A stretch of DNA of 64,000 bases from Parasitella parasitica NRRL 2501 (Eukaryota > Fungi > Mucoromycota): positions 519,195-583,194 of the forward strand of contig MU619237.1 in assembly GCA_025201805.1 (NCBI GenBank), in the 5' to 3' direction. Under the pieces are notes generated by a model, which saw only the letters and a list, made by a program, of their open reading frames with translations, searched no databases and was not told the DNA's origin. Shown here one piece after another: positions 25,131 through 39,765 of this stretch (positions within the stretch are counted from its first letter, which is position 1; each line of letters begins with the position of its first letter). The position numbers and the translations under genes are program-made.

Positions 25131-27730
25131 CTAGTTTCTAAACTAATGCAATTCCAGTAAGAACGAGCTTCGCTACGCTACGGTAAAAATCGACCTTCGT
25201 TTACGCGGGGTCCATCTCGCTCTACGAGGCAGCCAGTCTCCGAAATAAATGAAATTTTATTGTATTTATGGAATATAAGAGGAAGTAGTATGTCATAATG
25301 ATTGTACTGTCTTAATGGAAGACTTCAGTAAAGACGATGTTTCTTGTGCAATTGAGTGGAATTCGTTTTTGCTTCTCATCTTCAGATTGCTCTATAAGAA
25401 CTTTTATAGAGCTAGGATTTTGGACTCTCGAAAGGGCAACATATAATTGGCCATGGGAAAATACAGGCTTTGGAAGGTATAAACCCACCTTTTTAAAAGT
25501 TTGTCCTTGAGCCTTGTTTACAGACATTGCAAAGGCAAGCCTAATGGGAAATTGGTGTCTTTGGAAGCTGATAGGGGACACATCAGGTGAATTTAAAGAT
25601 ATTTTCGGAATAAGGACCACATTTCCAATTTTTGAACCTGAAATGATTCTTGCAGAAATAACATTTGGGAGAAGGGCCTCGATTGTCAATCTTGTACCGT
25701 TACAAAGACCGGTAGACGGGCTTGTGTTTCTCAACAGGATTATAGGACAATGCTGTTTAAGTTTCAGTAGGTGAGGAGGAAGACCACCAACGTCAATGTT
25801 GTTTATCATTTCTGGGGGATATTGTACTTGAGCTACCTCAGAGGAACATTTGTCGGCACTACGATATATGACCTCTTGGCCAGAAATTTGAGCAAGCATG
25901 ATATTATTTAAAATCTTGACATCGGCATTCATTGGTGTTGTAACAATTGAGTTAGGGTGAGCATGTCTACCCAGAGACGGGATGTCAAGCCTACATCCAC
26001 TGTACCCAAAAGTGGGAGTGTGCTATTGATAAGGGAATGCAGGTCGGTACCAGGATTCAACATATCCAATGATATGGGAATATAACCGGCGTCAGCAGTA
26101 GGCGCAAAATCATTGCCGTTAAACCTGAATCCCAGAACCTCACCATTACCAACAAGCAAAGGATAATTGGCAAAACTTTGCTGTTGATTAGCAAGGACCA
26201 TATCATTAGAGTTTTGCGCATTAAGCACTCGCATATTCACTCTCAATCTGAATACCCGAAAAAACTTCCAAAGTCGAGACATATTGATGCATTGGTTTAT
26301 AACGCCAGGCCTTGCTTGTTTTCTAATCACGGTTAAAATTTGTCTGAAGTCACCGCCAAAAATCATTAGCATACCACCATGTAAAGAATCATAATGTTGA
26401 TACAGTTCATTAATTCGTTGAAGCCATCACCTTCCACATTATCTTTCAAACGAAGAACGATATCCCTGTTGCATGGTTGGATGTTGAATTCATCCTCGCC
26501 ACCAATTATCAAAACTCCAATCTCATCTGTATTCGGCAAACATCCAGACTTCTTTTAGCACGAAATGTCATGCGAATGTTCGGGATTCCACCTGCCTGTT
26601 CTGCACTGATTTCTTCCATGGATTTGAACAAATCCAAAAAGGGATTGACATCGTGTATCATACACTGCAGTATTTGCATTATGAGGTCTTATATCAGGGT
26701 TCCCAGCAACATTCAATCTGTTCTGCAGCTTATTTGCTGAATCAAAGATATCAATTTGCACAATTCTAAGGTTGCTGAATGATTTTATGGAGATCAAAGC
26801 AGGACTTATCAAATGATAGACACTTCTGTGGATACGAAAAGCACAAGCGCCGTCTTTCTCATTAGCGTATATTCTATCCAGGTCAGCATTCATTGATGTA
26901 AAACTAAGAGCAGAGTTACATGTCCTATTGTTTTTTTAAAAGCTCCTTCCCAACTGCGTCGTTTCTTGTAAGATAATCAACAATTGTCGCTGGAAGTGGT
27001 CGCAGTGGTGCAGCCATCGCTTGACCTGCTGCACAGTACATTTGAAAAATAGGGGTGCCAATCTTTCTTTCCCCAATCCACATGGACGCCGCACATAATG
27101 AGCACACTACCTCCATTGTTCCAATACCATGTCTTGGAATTTCTGTTAAAGTGGGATTTCGCGTAATGCTGGCATTTGTTGACGCTGTGGTCTCCAAATT
27201 TGTAGGGTTTCTTGCACAGTTTCTGTGGGTAGTACGCAAATGCCCTTCTCGTCCACAATGGCGACATATGACAGCATTTGTATTCCTTGAGTTGAGTTTA
27301 GTCAAAATTATTAGGGTTTCTAGCACAATTCCAACGAGTGGACCTAATATGACCTTCTCTTCCACAAAAAGGGCAAGTGACAATCAATGGGGTATTAATT
27401 GGGTTCATGGCACACTCTCTGTAAGTGGTTCTACTATGGCTCTCTATTCCACAGAAACAAATAATGACTACTCAACGATTAAATTATATGAATGTTATTT
27501 TGTTTAATACTCGCTATTCTATGATATAAACGTACTTTCTTCAGCCAGGTTGTTCCCTTTACTTGAGTTCATGGCACAATCTCTATGGGCTCTTCTTCTA
27601 TGACCCTTTCCTCCGCAAGATGAATACCTAAAAGCTACTGCTCAATTTGAAGATTAATTTTAATCTATCAAAGCTCATGGTAAGTATGTTATATCCTACA
27701 CTCTCTTCTGTACTATTCGACCTGAGCATA
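25131..27730 (-). mobile_element. Internally deleted Helitron (RepHel pseudogene)
   Basis: PIF1-like helicase C-terminus (GGDFRQIL, GLCNGTRL, QFPIRLAFAMSVNKAQGQT, FSHGQLYVALSR, TRNIVFTEV), Helitron N-terminal 'FRIHRSVYH..QIDIFD', CxxCG..GH..H..C knuckles, frameshifts; candidate 3' CTAG at 25131-25134. Confidence 0.9.
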
Positions 27731-28619
27731 TTAACGTTTCTCAAAGGTCAAAAGTACATTTCGGCACTGAATGTTTACATCAGATGTGACCGTATTCGGT
27801 AACTGGGGCTGTGAACTAAGTTGCTAACTATCAATTATTCAAAATTTCAACATTGTATATTATGTTGCTATATTTAATGGCTCTTTACTGAGGCCTGTCA
27901 GCAATTATAAACGAAGATTTGTGTTTTCTGCTAAATTTCAATAAAAACATCAATACAAATTTTGTTGTCAGCGGATAGCAGTGGGCCAACGCTATGTTAT
28001 TCATATTTTGATCACTAGATCACGATTCTCCTACGGTTCTTTTAGCAGAAGTTATGACCAAATATCTGATATTTATGATGATCATTGATCTATCAGAAAT
28101 GAATTATTAGTTCGAAAAAGTAAAAACTAATCAGGCGTAGAATATTGTTTATTATATAATGGGATTGATGTACACTCTTTCAAATGATATATCAATATAA
28201 TGAAAACTCACACCAATGAGTAAAACATCAGATCATAAAATATTTTGACATGACATTTGGGATACATAAAATCTACGCAACTTCTCGGGCCTCTTCACCA
28301 GAGCCTTTCTCCTGACATTGTTTTCCTCATTTCGTAGAAAGTCTGTAGACCCTTTATTTTATGACAAATATATTTAACGGATTTTTTTTTACCTAGCTGG
28401 TTTCTATTAAATTTTTTTTATTGATAAAATCGGGTCAATCGAGAGGATTTATATACTATTCGAATCGATGCAATTGATGTGAAGATGAGGTATTAGATGG
28501 AATGGTCTACTTGAATAAGATAATACATTTTATTTCTATTGTGAGGAAAAATATACCCATGATTGTGAAAAATTCTTAGTTCGACATTTGAATCGCGCGA
28601 CTTAGAACTGATACATCAC

Positions 28620-28884
28620 TAACTTTTGCTAAAATCACCGTAGAACCATGATCTAACTTGAAAAGCTTGGCGTTGACTCACCTCTATCTGGCAACAACGT
28701 TGGCTTCCATGTTTTTATTACTAACCATAAAGTTATCACATGATATCACAAATTCACATATCAGAATTGCATATAATCCATCATACGCTTCCATAAAAAG
28801 CAAATAAACCCTGTCTTATGCGCCATAAATACAGGCATGATCATCGCTATATGAGCATAACTTGCTTTCCACTGGCCAATGTCT
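28620..28884 (-). repeat. About 265-bp dispersed repeat, near-identical to 63680-63945 in inverted orientation
   Basis: Reverse complement aligns with only a few mismatches. Confidence 0.95.
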
Positions 28885-30506
28885 AAAGCTCGTGTCGAGA
28901 TATAAATGTAAGTATATAGTGTCACCCGTTCTAATGGTGCCATCTCTAGCGTACAGTATACCTTGTATAGTATAAATCTGTATTGTACATCTTATTAACT
29001 GTGCACATTTATAGTCTATATCAATTTAACATAACTGGATGAATCCAGAAGAGGAATGTAGATCATTATAGTGAATGTATTCGACAGTAAATGAATCAGA
29101 TAAAGAAGATCTCATTTATTACATGGAAAATATCTTGGTTTATACACTAATGAATCTAAATGAATTGATAGGGGGGGTTTAAGGTGAAGTGTGAGACATG
29201 GTATGATTTAGAGAATTAAACAATAAATTGTATCCATTGTCCATTGACATGTCATGTTGAGTTATAAACATGGAACATGATCTATTGAGATATGTCCCTG
29301 GATTGCGCTCAGTTTCGAGTTTACTTGAGTTTGACTTCCGGTTGGGAAATTGACAAACCATTCTAGGCATGGCATCTTTTTATAATTGTTCTTTTACTAT
29401 TTCTAACGATATCAAGCTGTATCATACTGTATCGGATTCCCTATTCTCTCGTTAAAATATATACAATACACGGCTTATTGACCGTCAGCATTGTAGAATG
29501 AAAAAATCATAATTTCACGCACTTTTTAAAAGGATGAAGCTCTTAATTGATTAATGAATGAATGTAATATCATCGTCGTTTATGTCAACGTTACAAATAG
29601 TGACACCGACAGTTTTAACATGGAACATGATATCAGTTTAGCGGGAAGATGTGTACTGTGCCAGGTCTTGAAAAGGGGGTACAGAAGCAGATGACTGTAC
29701 ATAGGGCCTTTAACTGCATTTTTTTTCGATGCAAGCTTAGCATCAATTTTCCCTCAATGTAAAAAAACAAAACTCTAAACCTTTCTCAAGAGACCAAATC
29801 CAAGGCTGCGAACCGTCTAATTTTATAATTTATTAGAAATACCGTAAACATGCTCTGTAGGAATGTATAAATGAAAGATTCAGTCCATGGCATAGTCTTT
29901 AATTGAGAATGAGACACCTCGTTGTTCTGGTTTACATCCGCAGTAACATTTGTTTATGTGAGATCATCTTGCATGTTTGGTCGTCGATATACGGAAATTT
30001 CTGGAAACTGCTGCGGTTTGCTACAATTTTCAATATACTTTAACCATGGAAGCTTCAAAGGATTATTGTATTTGAGAGTAAACATCTGATGTGTTAGTAA
30101 CATTTGAATAGTCTTGATTCTAAAGTGATGCAGTATAGCTTTGCAAGTCATTTCTACTTTTTTACATACAAATAATCATGCAGAGGAAGAGGCTTTATAT
30201 CTAGCAACAATTATAGTTAAGTAACATTATTGCACAAGTCATAATGCAAAAAAATTATACGATAATACTGCCTTTGCCTGACCCATGGTAAGTTTTCACT
30301 CTAATCAAACGTAATCTAGATATCTAAAAACTACTTTTTAAGCATGGTTTTCAACGTCATTTCCTTCAGGCATTTTACCCGATTTAGAAACATGTCGAAT
30401 AGCGATATCATGCAAGAAAAAACTTTTCATTCAACATGTTATAAAAAGGTCGAATGTAGTGTGCAACACCTCCTGCTGTATTTCTTTTTGCTTCTACAAA
30501 CTTAAA

Positions 30507-32303
30507 ATGAATCTACTTAATAGTTTCATTTTAGGCCTATTGGCTTCAACAGCACTAGCGCTTGAAATAAATAACATCATCGAATACAATGTTGTTGGTT
30601 TGCTCAACCAAAGTGAGACAATGGGCGTTACAGTAGACAATGCTACTTATCCATTGAAAATACGTAGCAATGATACGAGGATCTTACACTCTGGAATGGC
30701 ACCAACAGCTAAATCAGGTTACAACTATGTTCGAATCTATCCAAATAACACTGTAGTTAAAGAATCCTTCAAGCGAGCACCGGTAATTCAAAATACTGTA
30801 AACGAGTTCTTCAATCGTACATGGAACAACTATTCCATTGCCCAATTTCCCCAAATCTATCCGCCCTTGGCTTCCATCAAGCGTGTAACATCTCAATTGC
30901 ATAAGGAAGGCCAAATTCCGTCCATTCATATTTCGGGTAACCAGACTTTATTTGATAAAATGCATGGCAACAGCACAGCGGATCTGTCTGTCATGTCTAA
31001 TGTTTCTTATGTCAGTCTCAATGACAGCTTGTTCTATCAAGATGTTGAAGTATCTCTTGCAGGTCGTAGTTCTCGTTGGTTTCCTAAACTATCTTACAAT
31101 CTGAAGTTGGATAAGAAAGACAGACTGTACAAGTATAGAAGAGTCAAGCTTAGGGCCCTTGCAACTGACCCGTCATACATTCGTGAGCAACTCGCTTACG
31201 ATATTGTAAAATCCGTCGGCCTCGCCTCTTCAGAGTTTTCATTCGTACGTGTCTTCATGAATGATCAGCCGTTAGGTCTCTTTGGCATCATTGAAACATT
31301 CCAAGATCCATGGCTGGCGAATACTTTTGCTAATGGAAGTAATAGCTATGAAAACGGCTATCTTTATCAAGGAGTTTTTATGAGTCCTCAATCTGCTGCT
31401 CAAGGCCACATATCTGATTTAAGTTACATTAGCAATGCCACTGCTTATGGCGATGGTCAGTACAAAATTAAGCAAGAGGCCTCCAAAGGAGACAAGGTTA
31501 ATTGGGAACCTTTACAAGACTTTACAAAATTCATCTCCACTGCTCCTACTAATCAAAGCGATTCTGTGGCTACATGGAAAAAACATCTGGATACTGATTC
31601 ATTTTTGAGATCGTGAGTATATATTAGGCAAGCCATGTAAATTATCAGGGAAACTAACACACCGGCGTGTTTTATCAGAATGGCTCTTGAGGTTCTGCTC
31701 GGTTTCGCAGACGGCTACTTTGCAATGGCAGACAACTATTACGTCTATCAAAATTTGAAAGCAAACAACTACATATACATTCCTTCAGATATGGATCTAA
31801 CTCTGGGATCAACCATGTTTAACCTAACACAAATGTGGAGCGGTAACTACAGCACCTTCCCTGGAATAGAAACAAGACCCTTGATGGAAAAAATACTTCA
31901 GGTTCCTCAGTTCAATAAGCAATACAACGAATTGCTATTAAACTTTACAAATATGCTGATTAATCCGAACAAAACCAATGACCGTATTGATGATTTGGTG
32001 GATATGCTTCAAGAAGATGTTGCTTGGGACAAGACTATTCCTCGTATAGGTAGCAACATTTTTGGACAGATCGATCCTACTGCAGCGGGTAATGATACAT
32101 CTAGCATCTTGGGCGCTGTTTTAGGATCTGCCATTCCCATGAATATGGATCCAGCTACCGCGGCTAACATGGCAAAGCGAATCAACGCCAGCATCCCGTT
32201 CATGACAGCAGTTGATGGGCCTACAGGATATATCTCTTTAGCCGGTGTCAAAGAGTGGATTAGCATCATATCTCAAAATGTCACTAGTTTTTATCAGTCT
32301 TGA
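30507..32303 (+). CDS. cotH: CotH-family secreted kinase-like spore coat protein (2 exons)
   Basis: Signal peptide, 'AGRSSRWFPKLSYNLK', 'KLRALATDPSYIREQLAYD', 'VRVFMNDQPLGLF', 'DNYYVY', 'YIPSDMDLTLG'. Confidence 0.9.
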
Positions 32304-32386
32304 ATAAAGTAGAAATTTGCATATATCATAAATGAGGTGCAATTTATAGTAAGGATATATTTTCGCAAAGAAAGTATATATGCAAA

Positions 32387-34503
32387 CTATCTGGAAATGT
32401 TCAGATTGTCCATCTCCTTTGTTAGCTTGCTTTTAAATCGAGCTTTGATAATTTCTTGGTCTGTCCAGCCATTAAACTCATCTACTGAAGAAACGTCGTC
32501 AGACTCTTCATCAGAATCGAAAGTATTGGTGTGATCTTCCGTATCGAATTCGTCATCCGAGACATGGCGATGATCATCAATAAAAATGGCAAAGACTTCA
32601 TCGTGTAATCCATCTACTGACGATAAAGACGAGGATTCGCTCGAATGTTTCTTTTGCTGCAATGGTGGCGAGGATGATCGACTCTGGTTAACTGATGAAC
32701 CAGAGGTTTTTCTTGGATGGTTTTTAAGACTGATATTAGTGCTGCTCCCGTTCAGAGTAGTCATAGACAGCCCTTGATGTCCATTGGAATGCTTAGGCGT
32801 CGTGGGCGTACTTTTCTGTGCGCCTCTATTAGATTCCACTATAGCAAAAGACTTTTGTCTCTGTCTCTTATTCCAATGCAAACATTTTGATAGTGAATTG
32901 AACCAGTCAGTAGCTTGATCCTGCTTACACACAGTCGGGAACGAGTACTTTGAAGCATTGACCTTGATATGATCTCCTTCTACAGTGCGCAGAGCCGTTG
33001 AATTAATCTTGTTATTTCTTTTCGTGTCTATTAGATATACGCGACTTACGTTTTAACTCAATCCTTCCTCGTCCATCAAAACTAGCCCAGGCGGTAGTCC
33101 GGGAATTAAATGGTACGCAAATACGCAGCTCCATGGAATCAGGCACTAAAGTGGGTCTGAATGAAAGGGTGTGTGGACATATCGGTGTGATTAGTGTAGC
33201 GCGTATTTCCGGGTGTGTTAAAGAGCCATTTGCAGACAACTAAAGCATATGCATACAAGATTAAGCTATCGTGTCACCATCGGTATATACTTGTACACTT
33301 ACGGAATATGCTGTACTACCCGTAGGCGTGGATATGGCTAGCCCATCTGCTTGGACTGTAGTCAAATGTTTGTTGTCTCCAAATAACTCTAATAAGCTCA
33401 TGTATGGGCTTGGCCCTCTATCAATGACCAAGTCATTTATTACTTGATATTTCTCCACAGGTACTGTTGTAAAGCAGGGTATTTGTCTCTTCTCTGCAAA
33501 TTCATCCTCGGTCTCGTCTAGTTCTTCTTCTGTTCCATAGTCCTCCCCATCTACTTCGCCAAACTTTTTAAGGTGTTTCTTTTGTTGTTTTGCTGTACAC
33601 CAATCTCCAATTTTGATTTTTCCAGTAATGGGATTACGTGAAACATTGCGCAGGTTGACAGACTTCTTTTGATCCTCACTTTGATACTCTCTTCTGTATA
33701 CTGTGCAGGTTAATCTCCCTCTTAAATTAACTCTCATGCCACTGTCCATCACTTTTGTGAGATACATGTCGAATTTCTCAAAATCAAATGGAGTAAGAAA
33801 TCCCAGTGATCCTAGATGGAAAGGAATGACAGGTGGGACATAGGTTTGAAATAGCCATGATGCAAACAATACAGTGCCATCACCGCCGAGCTATTGGCAT
33901 AAACATTTGATTTAGATTGATTACCTTTTTATATACTTGTAATGTCCTCTATATATAAATGATATGCAACTTACGGTGACGATGAAATCGAACATTTTCG
34001 GTTGAATTGCACACAACTCAGGGGTCCAAAACTCCAATCTCTCTTCTGCTTCTGGATAATGCTTTAAAATTTTCTGATATTTGAAGCGTCTGGAAGACTT
34101 CAGCTTTTCATCGACGAATCTGATAAAAAAAAGTTTTAAAAATCGACATTTAAGGAGTTTGGCTTTTTTTCACTAATTACACTTTGACGCCTTGACACGC
34201 TTTCGATGTTTTCATAAACCAAAGTGCCAATTCTCTTGTTATGCTAATCAAGGAGATATCTCCAGGCTTAGTTATCACCATAACAGTCTTTGGATTGTCC
34301 CATTTGACCTTGGTTTTCCCTAGTTTCCAACTATAGTTGGTATTATACCACAAATGTTATAATACTGGTAACCTACCAATTTTTTTAGATACCTCACGTA
34401 CTACTTCTGCTGTGTCTGATAGTCGATCTGTATACGAAGTTTCAAGAGCTAGTTTTGTGGTTTTTAAATTCATAGTTTCCACAGATAGCGGTTGATTTTC
34501 CAT
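32387..34503 (-). CDS. ATP-NAD kinase (UTR1/YEF1-like), multi-exon
   Basis: LGGDGTVL, FHLGSLGFLT, 'IND' motif, QADGLAISTPTGSTAYS, TPICPHTLSFRP. Confidence 0.93.
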
Positions 34504-34857
34504 TTTGTAGTGATAGAGACAAGAGAGAGAGAAGGAAAAGGTGGGGAAAACCCTGCAAAATGAGATTGTCCTTTTTAAATAGCGAAGATGTTTGTATGAA
34601 AGTGAAGATAAAACAATCATACATATCGTTGCACTAGCTTAATTGTAGAGTTTCTTGTGGAGTAATGGTTTACTTTCTTACAGCCTTTGCAATTGCTTTT
34701 TCACGCTGACTCTGCACCTTTTTTAAATTTTGCAGCAGCCTATCACAACGTAGCAACTATAGTCATCGCAACCATTATATAATCAGGACAAAGAAACAAA
34801 TTGAATACCAACAGCAAGGCGTATATACCAAACAGCAGTTTAATAATAATGGCAAAC

Positions 34858-34985
34858 TTATTCATAAAAGATTTATTCATAAAAGATTTGAGCATATATA
34901 TAAAAGATTTAGTCATAAAAGATTTGTCCAAAAGAGATTTGTCCAAAAGAGATTTTTCCATAAAAGATTTAATCATAAGAGATTT
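34858..34985. repeat. About 15-bp degenerate tandem repeat (cataaaagattt / caaaagagattt, about 8 units)
   Basis: Directly visible; the minus strand reads KSFME-KSLLD-KSLLD-KSFMT... Confidence 0.85.
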
Positions 34986-35048
34986 TACATAGCAGTTGTT
35001 ATTTCAAAGATGTTCACAAAAGAAAGGCAGTTAATTGATAGTATAGAC

Positions 35049-35896
35049 CTAGAAGGGAGCATTTTTGAATGAATGAAATGGTGAATACATGATTTTCCAT
35101 TCCTCAAAATGATAACCATCAATATCGTATGAGTTGGATGACCAAGGAGCGTAGTTAGGCTTATTGCTTGGAAGAGAAGGAAGATGATTTTTGATAATAT
35201 CAATAACATTATCGTTGTATCTTGTCTCTTTTTTCCATGGAATATATTTTGCCGCGTTTGCCATCACAGACTTAGATTTGGTTGGTTTACATTGATAGAC
35301 GATTTTAACGTTACTAGGCGTAAAAGATGACAATATCACACTTTCAAATATCTGATCCATAAGGCCTTCCGTGTATATACCAGGTTCCAAAATACACAAT
35401 CCAACAAGACCTAGTGTTGAACCATCATGATCCACATTTAACTTTAAATCATTCTCTAGCAATTCCAAACTAATGTCAATCTTTCCCTTTACGGTTTTGT
35501 CTAAGAATTTTACATAATTTCTGAATTGAAGTAGATAGACTTGGTAATTGGGGCTAGAAACTGTAATATCGTGGGTTTGAAGATCTAGACAGAGATCCGT
35601 CAACTTGTTCCACCAAAAATCACTCTCGTTTTCCGTTTGTGATTCAGGAACAGTGTACTTTAATTTCAAAACTTCCAATGCTGGGTATTTTTCTTTGAAA
35701 CATTGAACTGCAGAGGCAGGAATCTCGTTGGGCATAGCGACATCAAGCTCTTTTTTATTGCAATCATGCTCTGTTTCTCTGTTGAAGCGGTTGTCTACAA
35801 GAACAGAACAGGAAAAAATCAATGAGTTTTTTTTCTAGGTATATCTGTTTAGTATTTCAAATTACCAGTGAGACAAAGGTCTTTTGATTCTGTCAT
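35049..35896 (-). CDS. Hypothetical protein (lineage-specific)
   Basis: 257-aa open frame with a short upstream exon (MTESKDLCLT|) and a TATA-like (TA)n run upstream; no recognised motif. Confidence 0.5.
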
Positions 35897-36371
35897 TGTT
35901 GTCTTTTGATAAATTTAACGTGTGTTGCTTCGAACAAATCCAACACCCTTATATATATATAAATTACCAGCTCATTAACCGGCATTGTGCTCAATCAACC
36001 CATGGCCTTAAATATAGAATATAGACAAGTTTGTATCTTGTGACAAGAAGGAATATGCTCAATGTGTACTGTACTCATTGATAATCCTATGTAAATTAAA
36101 ATTAGAAATACTTGTACAATGAACCATATAGTGTCCAGCAGCGCAGATATACAATGTCGTTGGCATCAGGACATAGTTATATTTACACAGGAGTCGTTTT
36201 TAAGCCAAAAGATGCTAAACAAAGGAAGCTGAGTAATTAATTACAATGCACTTTTGCGTAAATGGTCCCACTGTACAAAAATCGCAATTCAGACTATAGG
36301 TGATGTATCAGTTTCACAAAAATGGATGCCAAGACCAAGAGCTACGTTTTATTATGTTTTCGCAAGAGAAA

Positions 36372-37277
36372 TCAACGCTTTTTTGCAATCAAAACCGAAT
36401 TTACTACATCATTGAACGGATGCAAGACAACAACAGTTTCAAATCCGCAAGCGTTCACCTGCCATGGTTCGATAGAAGGGTACAATAATTTTCGCAAAGA
36501 GTGAGCACTGCGGACCATCAGATGTGACCCTGATCTCATGCTATTTCCGATTTGAGCCAGATAATCCATTTTTTCTTGTAGATCTCGACCGACGAGTGCT
36601 CCCAGCACGACTAGATCCGCATGATTAGCAGAATAATCGGCAGCGTCCATTATGTGCTGCTTGAATCCATTGGCAATACCAAGTTTTTGTAAGAGCGCAT
36701 TAGACACAATTATTGATTCTTCATCCCTATCAATATTATATATCATCACTTGAGCGTCGGGGAAAGTTGAGGTCAATTCCTGGTACATCAAAATAGGCGA
36801 TAATGGAAGGGGGCCACTACCGATAAACACAATGTTGTCCAATGTAGCATCTACACCATGAAGAGCAGAAATTTCGAGCTTGACCAAATCGACATAGTTT
36901 TGATAATACACAAATTTTGATAACTTGGGATGCTGGTCCCTGCACAGCTTATTTGCCCAGCCAAGTTCTAGAAAGTATTCGCCTTGAGAAGCCATGGCGC
37001 GCAAAGTTGGAGTTATTGTGACAATATGGCTGTCTCTGAGAACAGCCTTGACAGTCTCGTTATCATATTGAAAGGTACAGATAGTTACCAGTTTTGTAAA
37101 GAGAGAATTGACATGATCACCCGGTATCAAACAGTCAAAGTTGCTCAATTGATGATGGATGTGGCATATTTCATTTATCAAGGAAGAAACACTACTACTT
37201 GTCATTTTTTGAGCTGCGTGGTCATTGCAAAAAGCTTCAGCTTCAGTAGCAATGGAGCATGACGAATGATGGACCAT
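36372..37277 (-). CDS. NAS: Nicotianamine synthase (intronless)
   Basis: 'VNSLFTKLV', 'YYQNYVDLVKLE', 'FIGSGPLPLS', 'VVLGALVG', 'RSAHSLRKLLYP', 'HPFNDVVNSVLIAKK', colinear with plant and fungal NAS motifs. Confidence 0.92.
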   Translation of the reverse strand: MVHHSSCSIATEAEAFCNDHAAQKMTSSSVSSLINEICHIHHQLSNFDCLIPGDHVNSLFTKLVTICTFQYDNETVKAVLRDSHIVTITPTLRAMASQGEYFLELGWANKLCRDQHPKLSKFVYYQNYVDLVKLEISALHGVDATLDNIVFIGSGPLPLSPILMYQELTSTFPDAQVMIYNIDRDEESIIVSNALLQKLGIANGFKQHIMDAADYSANHADLVVLGALVGRDLQEKMDYLAQIGNSMRSGSHLMVRSAHSLRKLLYPSIEPWQVNACGFETVVVLHPFNDVVNSVLIAKKR

Positions 37278-37524
37278 AATAATCTACTGATGTAGGGTAA
37301 AGAGAGATATCTACATCTACCTTATCTTTTTATATAAGCAGACAAAACGGACAGGAACCCGTTAACTATTTATTTTCAGAAAGAGACACAACGTCCTCTG
37401 ATCCACTTGGTGTTACAACCATGTAAACAGTTAAAATTTCTGCTCCATTCAGTGTCACTCTTGTATGTAAAATTTTTGATAGCTATGAAAAGGGGAGTGA
37501 ACGGTATACTATAGATGCTATATG

Positions 37525-39738
<2,214 letters not shown>

Positions 39739-39765
39739 CACTTTTATTTCTCAACAACTATCAAA

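Noticed and set aside
34858-34985. Repeat array as a CRISPR
   Set aside because: Head-to-tail degenerate 15-mers with no unique spacers, in a eukaryotic context
30507-37277. CotH, NAD kinase and NAS as a biosynthetic gene cluster
   Set aside because: No shared pathway logic, transporter or regulator; adjacency alone is insufficient
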